A stretch of 63,781 nt of DNA, filler included, from Collodictyon triciliatum (Eukaryota), in assembly GCA_043381765.1 (NCBI GenBank). It is 3 parts of 3 records of this genome, joined end to end, with 100 filler letters (N's around TTAATTAATTAA, not from the genome) between each part and the next. Parts side by side here need not be neighbours in the genome. Positions count along the whole stretch, not along the records: positions 28,689 to 59,173 come from JBHJMP010000939.1; 2 more parts are not named here. One strand, given 5' to 3'. A program made the translations under genes and the position numbers. The notes under the pieces are model-generated. The model was not told the origin of the DNA and ran no database searches. It worked only from the letters and a program-made list of their open reading frames with translations. Shown piece by piece: positions 39,359 to 51,113 of this stretch (the stretch's first letter is position 1; each line of letters begins with the position of its first letter).

Positions 39359-40930
39359 GCGAGCCTTCCACACGCGAATAAACACCCTGCTGTCTGACTC
39401 TGATTATTTTTTCCACTGTGTCCCGTTCATGATTCATCCAGATATTCCAAAGTCGACATACTCACACATATATTTCCGAACCCAAAAGCTATCATACAAT
39501 GAATGACCGCGCATAATCATCAACTCCTAGGCAGTTCTATTTTTTTTTTTTTTTAGAAAAAATATATTTATAAATCCCTTTCCTTCTTCCGTCCCTCGTA
39601 TCAACCCTCCAAAAGATAATGTAAAGCAATTGTCTGGAATCATATCACGGGATTATGGGACAAGCGAAAGCACCTTTTGCATACCATCCAACATACAACC
39701 GTATTCGTCCTCTCTGAAACACACCAAGGCGGTGCAAAGTCCTTCTGCTTCGCGGCGGAGACTCACGACCAAATCAGGGATGAGTATGGTTGACTGTGTC
39801 GGGTGACGCGATATGAGGTGTGATGCCAGGAATCACCGCAGGAAACTCCCGTAATGTCCCAAAAGCACAACGCAGTCTGACGCATGGCTGACGAGGCTGC
39901 AACACACAACCAAAAGCGACAAGAAACCAAACAAACAAGTCGTAGCAATAAAGTAAGACAAATGATTGAGGCCAACAGTATTATGAGGAGAGGGTGACAA
40001 TTAAAAAAAAAATCTTGTTGCGGAATCTGCCACGGGTGCAAGCGTCACAGAAGCTTCGCCATGGGACATTGTGTGGGAAAAGCGTTTCTGTTGCCACGAG
40101 TTGGTTGTGTCGATTGTGCTTTCCAGAGGGAAGTTAGAGGGTTCGTAGCAGTGACGCCTGCTTTGCTGTGTGTGACAGAGGTTTTACAAGAAACTTCTCG
40201 GATGATGAAAAGGCGAGCCGCCTACCAGATACGGGGTGCCGTCTAGCCTCTGTTCTGGACTCATTCCTGTCCAGACTGAGAACGTGGGCGACCAGGCAGC
40301 CTTTAATGTGATGCGGCCCGATAAGGTCGAAGGCGGCTTGGTAGATTCATTATGGATCGCGCAAAGCCAGCGCACACGGCCACGAGGTATATATTTGCCG
40401 GTGGCCCGCATTGTTGGTTGTGCGTGTCTGGCGGGCTTCTTGTGGGAGGGAGGAATCATCGCCCTCTCTTTAGTGAAATCAATAGGCAAAAGCTTTCGGT
40501 GCAGGATTCGAAATGTCAAATGAAGAAAACTGCTTCGCTGGAGTGTCTTTGACGGCGTTGCAGATAGATATTGGCTTTTTAGAGGGGGTTTCTTTCCTCT
40601 TAGTTATGTATTTATAACTAGAAGAGTATACCAATTTTTTTTTCGTCCACTCTTTTCTGAACCCAGAATACTTTTATTTATTTATTATTTATTTATTATT
40701 TATTTATTATTTATTTATTCGTGGGGAGGAAAAATATCTGATGTGGCATACGTGGCCGCACTACTTTTACTTCAAACCTTCCTCTCTGCTGTTCGTCCAA
40801 ACGCACTTGTTGAATAGATGTACACTTGGAAGTTGCACATTAATCTGCTCCTCATTTTTGCAACCCTTCTGCATCGCACTGCCGACAAGAAGGGGTACAC
40901 TCCGAGGGGTTTTGCTTTCATAGTCAAAGC

Positions 40931-41121
<191 letters not shown>

Positions 41122-42270
41122 GCGTTTTACAAAACGTTTCAGCAATCAAGATGGCTGTTATTAAGTACTATTTTAAAGGAGCTTTAATGTGTGTGGGCCA
41201 ATAAGGGAGAAAATCACACAATCGAAATAGGTGATGGGATCGAAGGGCGACTATGAGAGCCTATGCCTTTTTCTCCTCTATGATTCGAGAATTTATTTTT
41301 GTATTGTGCAATCGAAATCATGATAAATCTATGCTTTCTGCACATATAAAAACCGTGGAGTTGCATTCTTTGCTATCCTTATGTGATGGTTGCTGGAGCA
41401 CATTTGGTCTTACTATTTGTTTGGGTTGCTGCTTCACGACTATATGCTTCCTCTCACTCCCAGTCTAATCCTTTCGATTTTAAATAAAACACTGCTCACA
41501 ATCTTGATATCATCTTTTGGACTCTAGGACAGGCAGAATTGTTCTATCTTTATATGTACTCGGAGGCGAATCATCTAGTTAAATCTAATAGGCAAGAGAA
41601 GATTATAACCACCAACTAACCCCAATCTGATCAAACCCCTACTCTTCAAGAAAATAATCGTGTGCAAAAATAATCGATTGGGGATTTTGTATCGAAGTGC
41701 TTCACAATCGCCTTGATTTTCCCATGTGTTCCATGTGAGGATTTGGAAGGCCTGGATTTCTTTCATTTTACTTCTGCGTTCTACTCCTGATTCATAGTTT
41801 TACAAAATGATTAACATGGGGGTTGAGACGGTTCTGATTTTTGGTGAGAGAGCCATAGTTGTATTCAATCGTACTATTAAGATGTCAACAAATTCATTTT
41901 CTCGACCGCTTTTTTTGACTGTTCAGAGAAGAAAAGAAACATGACTCTTAGCCATCTCACTAGTTTTAATGATAAACTAACGAATCAATTGGCACAAAAT
42001 GTTGTCCATGGAGGAACATCAGTATAGACATGAAGGGTATAGCACCATATGAGTGTGGATGGCAATGACAGACACGAATTATATTACTTTTTTATTCATT
42101 GGCAAAGTCGCACAAAAGATGAGGTGCTATATTGAGCTGAATATTTATTGAGAGAAAGAAAACAAAAACCAATCATTTGCTTTCACCATTGCTCTAAAAT
42201 ATCAAAGAGCTCCATGAAATGCATAACCATGAAATATGGGTCTATGAAGATAAATATTTCTGATAAACAC

Positions 42271-43188
42271 TTAGTCAGCAGATGCATGGTTGTAAGTTAT
42301 TGCCTCAGAGGCTGTTGATGAAGATGGCGCCTCTGCGTTGAAAGGAAAAGACGATGTAATTGGGCGCCCTACAGCTGTTGTTAGCATATTAAGATGAGCG
42401 AGCTGTTCCTTTAGTAATTTATTTTCAAGCTCCAACACCTGTACTGCATTTAAAAGTTCAGCATTTTGATCCGACAGTTGGCTGTGATGGGATTCTAGAT
42501 GTTCGATCAATCCTTTAATCTTTTCCCTGCACCTTGTGGCAGAAACACGATTTCGTTCTCGCCGTCTTTCCTTGCGACTCTCTTCTTCTTGAAGAAGGGC
42601 TTCAATATCAATTCTATCTCCACTTTTGAAGCGGCGTCTTCCAGAACCAGTTGATTGTCCGTGTGGAATAAAAACGAAGTTTTTATGTTGCTGTAAGACT
42701 TGGGCTGAGGGCAAGTTTGGCTCTTTCTGTGATTGGGGCTGATGTTGCGGCTGATGTTGCGGCTGTGGTTTTTGGGACTGTTGAGACTGTTGACCAGCCT
42801 CTCCCAGCGGTAAGAAGGTTTGTAATTGCGATTGAAGATCCAATAATGCGAGGACTTGTGGAGGCTGCAAAGACATAGGGTACAGCTGAGAAATGGTGGG
42901 ATTATTTAGTGTTTTAAAAGATTGGGTTTGCAACACGGCTTGATTTTGGTACGTATTCGAGTAGCTTTGTAGCTGGGAGGTATGTCCTGCACTGATTCCC
43001 GAGAGACCTCCAGCGGCAGGGTTAGGTTGAGGATAGAACTGAAGTAATGATGATTGCGATTGACGTTGCTGTGTATTTGTATACGTGTCCAATGAGGCAG
43101 GGGAATGGTTAGTCGGAATTAGTCTTTGTGGGGTCCATTCATCTCCTCCACAAAAGTTTGCTAGCCAAGAAAGGTCTGTAGGCTCCAT
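42271..43188 (-). CDS. bZIP transcription factor (AP-1/ATF-like basic region), single coding exon
   Basis: Q/P-rich N-terminus, then KERRRERNRVSATRCREK and a heptad Leu zipper. The ATG directly follows a 5'-UTR intron (43189-43393, GTGAGT...CAG). Confidence 0.9.
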   Translation of the reverse strand: MEPTDLSWLANFCGGDEWTPQRLIPTNHSPASLDTYTNTQQRQSQSSLLQFYPQPNPAAGGLSGISAGHTSQLQSYSNTYQNQAVLQTQSFKTLNNPTISQLYPMSLQPPQVLALLDLQSQLQTFLPLGEAGQQSQQSQKPQPQHQPQHQPQSQKEPNLPSAQVLQQHKNFVFIPHGQSTGSGRRRFKSGDRIDIEALLQEEESRKERRRERNRVSATRCREKIKGLIEHLESHHSQLSDQNAELLNAVQVLELENKLLKEQLAHLNMLTTAVGRPITSSFPFNAEAPSSSTASEAITYNHASAD

Positions 43189-43203
43189 CTGTTGCAAAAG
43201 AGA

Positions 43204-43305
<102 letters not shown>

Positions 43306-44071
43306 AACAGTATTAACGAAAAAATGTTTTATAAGCGAATTTTAAGCGATTCATTTATGTCTTATTTGCGCTTTTTTTAATGAGTAAACTCACCTGCTAT
43401 ATACGAGGCTGAGCACACAGCAAAGTCACGGTGGTTGCTTGGCTTCCGCCTCTTTATTGCGTCTTGTTATACGCCCAACACTTTAATTAAAAACAAACAG
43501 TGAACAAACACCATAAAAAAAAATATTTGCTCAAGCGATAATATCTTCACTGGGTTTAATCGTGCGCAACTAATGAAGTTTGCTTCTATGTAACTGGACT
43601 GTGTTCTGTTGTTTTATTGGATGAAAAGAAATCGGTTTTTGTCTCAAAAATTTATTTTCCATCAAAATATCTTTGGACAAAATGAATTTTATGGTTTGTT
43701 TTAGTCTTTCAATGTTTCAGTTTTTTCTCCTTTCGTTTTAGAAGGGAAAGAAATTCGCACAGTTTCGGGCTGAAGGAAAATAAGAATCAGGAAATATCTG
43801 ATAGTCAACCCTGAAAATTCTCCTTCCAAAAGAAAAAACAAGAAAAAATACAGAAGGGGTTTCACTCATTTTTTTCAGTCTCTGGTGTTGGTGAAACCAG
43901 GCTCATCAAGAGTGGACTGGACGAAAGAACGCCACGAGATCAGACTATTACGCAGAGTTAATCCCAAGAAGAGAATTTATGGGCATTCACCGCATGATAA
44001 AAAGTTCAAACTTTGCTACAGTGAAAAGGTTATCTAACATACAGGTGCGGGGAAGTTTTTTTTCTTCATCT

Positions 44072-44180
44072 GTTCTATTGTTCTATTGTTCTATTGTTCT
44101 ATTGTTCTATTGTTCTATTGTTCTATTGTTCTATTGTTCTATTGTTCTATTGTTCTATTGTTCTATTGTTCTATTGTTCT
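44072..44180. repeat. (GTTCTATT)n 8-mer tandem repeat
   Basis: About 13 units. Confidence 0.95.
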
Positions 44181-44501
44181 CTTCTAGTTGGTTGAAGGGT
44201 CCTCGGTAGAGCAAGAGAAAGGCTAAATTACTTCGATTGCAGATGTTGCTTTACAATTCGCATTCTAGCTCAGAGCCAATAATATCGAGGGCTATTTGTA
44301 TCTTTAAAAAAAATATATTCATTTGGCAATTTCATGCAACGTTTTGCTTTTGGTAAAGAAAAAAGGCAGAATGAGTCACGCCTGGTTGTGTTACTGGAAT
44401 CCATAATAAGTTTTAAGAGGGCGTTGCCGACTATGCCACCTAGCATATCGTTGGCTACTTAATTCGTAAATTAATAATTTCACTTTACTAGTCCAACTAT
44501 G

Positions 44502-44591
44502 CAATCATAATCATAATCATAATCATAATCATAATCATAATCATAATCATAATCATAATCATAATCATAATCATAATCATAATCATAATCA
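44502..44591. repeat. (AATCAT)n microsatellite
   Basis: About 15 units. Confidence 0.95.
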
Positions 44592-45620
44592 CTAAGCGAG
44601 AGATGGTGTGGTTGGCCGGAGCTTTCAGCCCATCCAAATACTTGAGTAGGGTGGCTTGATAGGAAAACACTTGGAAGACAACAAGGTACGATGTCACCAT
44701 GATAATGCGCATGACTGGCTAATGCGTCCAATGACGTACACAACTCGTGTGGGTTTGTCAAAAATCTATGTATTGCTTTCACCTCGTGACGCGGAATGAC
44801 GAAGCGTGAGTCATTCATTTAGCCTTATATACAAAAGGCAAGAGATGCCCCTACTTTGGTAATGAGGCTAATTTGTTTTTGGTCGCAAACATTTATTTTC
44901 TCCAAAGCTGGAACATACATATCTGGAAATTCATAAGTTGGCAGCTGCAGGTGAGAGGAGAGTCTTCTCAAAAGCCCTAACCCCAATCGAAATCTGCCAC
45001 CAACTAATTATTTACAATATCATTTCGTAATACCCAGAAGTAAAATCCGGAGAAAAATACAACCGACTTGGCGTATGTAAATGAGAACTTGCTATAAGGG
45101 ACTGAAAAAATAATGTCTCATGAATCCCTTCAAGTACCACCCAAGCTGAACGACAGCCAGGGAGGCAAGGCCAAAACATCTGATTAAGAACAAATCGAAA
45201 GGGATGTTAAAAAAAAAACATATATATAACCCCCTGAAGTTGGCTTTGGTGGGACCAATCATGAATACCGTACAAGATTCAATTATTTTTTTTTAATGAT
45301 TGTCTGTTTCGCTAGATTATGTGTTCAAGATTTAGAGTAATACAGAGAAGAGTAAAGTACGCGTGGTACAGATAAATATGTGAAAGAATGGAAAGGGGGA
45401 TTAAAGGTAATGGATTGAATAGGCAACCCTTCGATTAGCCAGGAAAAAATAGTGAATGATGTTCATAAATTAACCGTATAAAAGAACGAAGAAATGACAA
45501 TCATATGTTTTTCGCACGAAAAAGGTATTGTATTATTACTTTCGAATTGGTTTATTACAGCAATTGTCGGGCGGATACTGACATAAATGATTCTGATGAA
45601 AGTCATACATCGGAAGCGTT

Positions 45621-47261
45621 TCATGAGAAATTGCTAGGTTTGAGGAAATTTTCTTCCATTCCTTACAGCGACTAGGTCCCATCCTGGCTTCAACACGAAA
45701 GGGCTATACAGCGATATTTAACCCTTCGGAGGTTCCTTGGATAGCCTTTTTGCAAGCTTTAGATACCTTTACATGAAAAGGAGTTAGAATAGTCTTTTCA
45801 CCGACAATTCGGTTCACATAATCTTAATTTGGTCGGGTGCTGCCTTGCTATCACCTGTCTTTTTCCTCAGGGCCACACTCCTTCCACATTTGCCCGAGCT
45901 TTTTTAGAATGGAATGGTTTGAGTCATGTGGATTTTCCTCTCGAATCTTAAAAAAAAAAACTGATTGAATCAACGTAGTTTAATTTTTTTCTGTTTTATG
46001 GATTTTTCACAGCATTATACTTATTAATTGAACTTCCAGTTTTCTTTAACAATTCACAGATTGGGTGGAACTTCAGTAGTTCCACCGAAATAATCGATAG
46101 GACTTGTTTGGTCTATCAACGAAAAATCCTGAAAAACAAGTATCTAAGACAATTGCGCGAATAAAGACTGCGTACCCTGTTACGATTCTCCATCGTATAT
46201 GCAATAAAGCCGTTGATGTCTCGACTTCTCCTATGTAACAGATGATGATTTCTTTGAATATTAATTGGATGTTTGCAAACGTTATTAAAAGAAGGTGAAT
46301 TTGTTTTTTAGCAGGCTCGTGAGTAGATTGTTGACAAAGTTTTTTATATATAAAAGATAATTAATAAACACATTTATTCAACTCACTCTCTTGGCTTCTT
46401 CGGTTTATCTACTGGCGACGGCGAAAGGTTCTGTTCCCCAACCTTTTTTACTTTAGGTACCCTCCACTTACTGATAAATTCGGAATAGACCACTGGGGTT
46501 CCGGTCGATGTGTCTGCTAAGCAGGGGCCCTCTTGCTCCTTGTCTGGTTCGCATGCATTCACGGGAGGGATACTCTCCGTCTCAATATCTCGGGGAAGTT
46601 GTCCAGCATCCAGACTTGGCAAGGAATTTCTTAAAGGAATATGATTATGGCCAGATTTTCTTTGGCTTTTTTTAAAATTTCTTTCATCGTTAGATTTTTC
46701 ATCTTTATGACTGCTTCCATGACGACGGACTTCAGGTCCATCAAGGAACCGAGTAGTATCAGCCCTACTGCACATTTTTTCATGTGGCCAGTTGTGCTCT
46801 TCGTTAGTTGATGGTATTGATTTTTCGCTCGTCGGTAAACTGAGTACACGTATTTTGGATATCTCGAGAGGCGGACCATTCAGTGTATCCACGCTTTGGT
46901 GTATGTTATATCTTGTTGGCGCTACCAACGGCGCAGTACTCTGACTGGCGAACTCGCGTGTAAACTTTGGACTGATGCCATTATGGTCGTCTCCCTTTTT
47001 TCTTTTTCGTCCTGGCATAGGATATACATCAATCCAAGAATATGAAGAGTCCTTCGGGTCATCTGGGGTATAGAAAAGGTGCGATAGACCACGCGGAGCT
47101 GTCAGTGGATGGATGGGATGCATGTGCATCTGTGTTTGTTGACTTGGCCAAAAAGGAAGAGTAGGTTGTTGAAGATAATGCGATTGGATATTTGGTGCGG
47201 ACTCAGTTGGATAAGATTCATCTTTTGGATGAGGCTGTTCTGGGATTCGCAAACTGGGCAT
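45621..47261 (-). CDS. HMG-box transcription factor (single C-terminal box)
   Basis: Phase-compatible exons 46387-47261, 46176-46230, 45855-45946, 45723-45766 and 45621-45661 give KPKKPRERSRDINGFIAYTMENRNRIREENPHDSNHSILKKLGQMWKECGPEEKDRYLKLA. The start is uncertain. Confidence 0.85.
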
Positions 47262-50030
47262 TGGGAATGGAGAGATTCTGCGTTGTTTTTAAATGAGAAA
47301 AAAAAAGCATGATTAAAAACGATAAAAACTGAGTGGTGGCTAATTGTTTTCATGTGCGTTCAATATGCAACACTGACATAGGAATGTAATTATATTGTTT
47401 AGTCTACAGGTATTACTCTGAGTGGAGAACACCTGGCCCAGGGAAAGGTAGAGGGAGGCGAATCAGCGGCTGATAAGGGAGGGCGGTAGGATTACTCATT
47501 GGCGACGAGATCCCCCACCAGGGGTTTGCACTCCATGAATTGTGGTTGGACTGGCTGGCAGCCTTTCTTTTGGTTAAAGGATAATTGAATTAATTTTCGG
47601 AGAAAAAAATAGAGACTGTTCATTACCAATTGAGTGATTCTTGATAACGTATTGTTACAACGCTTAGTGTGCCTTTTTTTTCTTTCCGTTTTTTGAAGTC
47701 GCCTTACTCTGTTGATCCGTCGTCCGGTTCATTCGATCCTGTCTTCTCCATATAAAATCAACTGAGTTGCTAGGCACGTCCAGATGATTACACGATGAAG
47801 TGAGCGAGAGATTGATCGACGCAGTAGCTGGGCTATAAAAAAATTGGTTAGTTTTCCTTTTTGTTTTTCGTTTTTCGTTCACAGAATCTCTAGTCTAGGA
47901 CTTTGATTTGATAAGAATTTATCATTTTCAAACTTAAGTTTGTAATAGAAAAAAAAATCTTGCCAAACGCCTTGTGAAGTAAGAGAAGAGAGGAGACCAG
48001 AAAAGTGATTCATTATCAAGGAGTTTGATTTTGTTCTTGGGGGAATGACTATTGTTCGCTATTCACCCAACGAGCTAAGACCAAAACATGGCGAAGGAAT
48101 AAAGTTAAACCCCCTTGGCCGATTAGATCTCGGTTAGTTTGGTGGGTGCGACGGGCTGAATGACGTTTACAGTCTTTCATGCTGTTTTGACATACTCTTC
48201 CTCTCTACCTCATACATACATCTCTTCATCGATCTGCTGGAGCTGATGCTGTGCGTTGTCTCCCTTTGTCACTCGTCAGAGGTGCCACCAGCTCAGTTTA
48301 TTCACCCGCTCATTCGGAATGATGAAAGAATCAAATTGAGAGAAAACGGATGGGGAGATGTGTACGACAGTTATTTTTATTTCTCTCCTCATAAGAACCA
48401 TTTACTGTCCCGCTCAGGCCGTCTGGGTAAGTTCTTTCCACATGTCCGATCACCCCTGACTCTAAAGTTGAAGTTTTGTTTCCTTCAGCAGTCCCAATTT
48501 TGCTCCTCGAAGCAGATGTTATGTTTCACCTTTCGTTTCTGTAATGCCTTTCCAATAGCCTCGTAGCCCGCCGTGATTCATCACACCGCAATTGAAATGC
48601 TGGATGAAATTCTCCTATATATCATTTCGGGCAATTTTATTTACTGAAATAAAAGTTCTCATGTCGAATGTGAAAAAGAATTGCGCATCACCCTGTTTCC
48701 ATCGCACGACAAATGTGGATGTTGGGCTTCAGATTATCCTATCTTTTCATTAACTTCGATTGCTTATGGATGCTGTGCAAAATATTTTACTGTTTTGGAA
48801 TTATTGCTTCTGATTCCGTGAAATCCCGGCTTTTCAAAAGATATACCAAAAACTAACATTTTTATTGAATATTCATTATAACTATCTAAATTTCATTAAA
48901 TTCAAATTTACTATTTTAGTATTTGAGGTCAATACAGAACCCTAAATGGTTCTTTTCGATGAATTGGAATGAAGACACACGCTTCAAGCGACCACATCGT
49001 GCACTTCATGACGTCACGGTGTCGACACACCAGGTCATAAGAGATTCTACTTTTGTATCAAAGACCGAAACGGTTACTTTCTTTTATGGAAATTCCGATT
49101 CAGGGCAGATAGATCGTTCTAAACTGGATAATATAGTCCATTAATTTCTATGCTGCATAAATTTCAATTCATGAGCCAATTAATGTACTATCATCCCGAA
49201 ATATAACTAAATTATCACAAGTATAATCAACATGCATATACCGTACATCAAGGTCTAACAGGGCTACTTTCGTGCCCAGTTTCAAATGCAAAGCCAAATC
49301 GACATATTCACAAAGCGTTTGTCGATCTATGCAGGAAACACTTGGCCACCGGGCAACAGGCAACCTTGTGTGCAGATCCACCCGAACTGAATGTGGTTTT
49401 TTTTTTTTTGAAAACAGGAGCGCAGAAGAAATAAGGGCNNNNNNNNNNNNNNNNNNNNNNNNNNNNNNNNNNNNNNNNNNNNNNNNNNNNNNNNNNNNNN
49501 NNNNNNNNNNNNNNNNNNNNNNNNNNNNNNNNNNNNNNNNNNNNNNNNNNNNNNNNNNNNNNNNNNNNNNNNNNNNNNNNNNNNNNNNNNNNNNNNNNNN
49601 NNNNNNNNNNNNNNNNNNNNNNNNNNNNNNNNNNNNNNNNNNNNNNNNNNNNNNNNNNNNNNNNNNNNNNNNNNNNNNNNNNNNNNNNNNNNNNNNNNNN
49701 NNNNNNNNNNNNNNNNNNNNNNNNNNNNNNNNNNNNNNNNNNNNNNNNNNNNNNNNNNNNNNNNNNNNNNNNNNNNNNNNNNNNNNNNNNNNNNNNNNNN
49801 NNNNNNNNNNNNNNNNNNNNNNNNNNNNNNNNNNNNNNNNNNNNNNNNNNNNNNNNNNNNNNNNNNNNNNNNNNNNNNNNNNNNNNNNNNNNNNNNNNNN
49901 NNNNNNNNNNNNNNNNNNNNNNNNNNNNNNNNNNNNNNNNNNNNNNNNNNNNNNNNNNNNNNNNNNNNNNNNNNNNNNNNNNNNNNNNNNNNNNNNNNNN
50001 NNNNNNNNNNNNNNNNNNNNNNNCTAGGAA

Positions 50031-51062
50031 ATGGCTGCTGCTTCAACCCTACGAAACAACCCCGGAATGCTTCTTCTCGCCGCAATTACCGCAGCTGCGG
50101 TTTTCGTGCTTCGAGCACGTCGCCCTCAGTCGTCTTTGCCCGCGACGCCGACTCCACGAGAGCCTTCTTTACCAAGCTTAAGTCATGGACATAAACGTAA
50201 AGTTGCAGTGGATGCACACTTTTTAGCTCAGCTTGGACGTCTGATGCGCGTGGTGATACCCTCACCATGGTGCAAGGTATTAGCCTGTTTGCTTGACAGT
50301 GTTTGCTTAGTCTGCTTCTTGGGCTGTATTCTTATCTCCCTTTTTTTTGTATCTCATTTTCATCATGTTCATTTTGATTCGGCGTCTATATTGCCACGAA
50401 TGCTCCTTTCCTAATATCTCTTTTTTTTTGTTTTCTATTCCAACTTCGTTTTTTCTTATTTATAAAATCAAAAAAGGAATTCTTTTTGGTTTTGTTGCAT
50501 ACGTTCTTCCTTGTTTCGCGCACATTCCTGAGCTTATACATTGTTAAGTTGGAAGGAGACATAACTAAGACGATTGTGCAAAGGGACATGGTTTTTTTCC
50601 GATTCATTTTAACTTTAAAACCAATAGATGGTCATAACATGCACACAGCTAAATCTTAATATAATACACACTTTCCGGGTCATTTTATGTTTGAATGGAC
50701 GAAGATATCGATATTTACATAACTAGTTCTTAGCCATGAATGCTTCTTTTAAAACTAATTAACCATTCCTCTTTCATTTTTAAATATAAACAGAAAGGCT
50801 TTTTGAAAACTCTAGCAATATGGATTGGAATCTCTTTGCCGTCAACTTTTGTTAACAGCATGATTCAGTATTTTGAAAGTACCATGGCTGTTGCTTTCCG
50901 CTCTCGCCTTGTTGATGTTCTTTACAAACAGTATATGGGAAATCAAGTTTTTTATCGGTGATATTTCTTTTACTGCGTTACGTTTGTTATTTTTTTTTTT
51001 TTTGTTAACACCACTTTTGTGAAGCGCACATCGTTTTTTATCTCGCTATTTGTCTGTATTCA

Positions 51063-51113
<51 letters not shown>

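Noticed and set aside
46058-46128. Possible 71-nt poison cassette exon within the HMG box
   Set aside because: It would need a 47-nt upstream intron, shorter than the others seen, and the box aligns cleanly without it.
47431-47536. Upstream HMG-gene exon in frame only through a TAA
   Set aside because: TAA is the commonest stop here, so this is more simply a 5'-UTR exon with a uORF or an unresolved acceptor.
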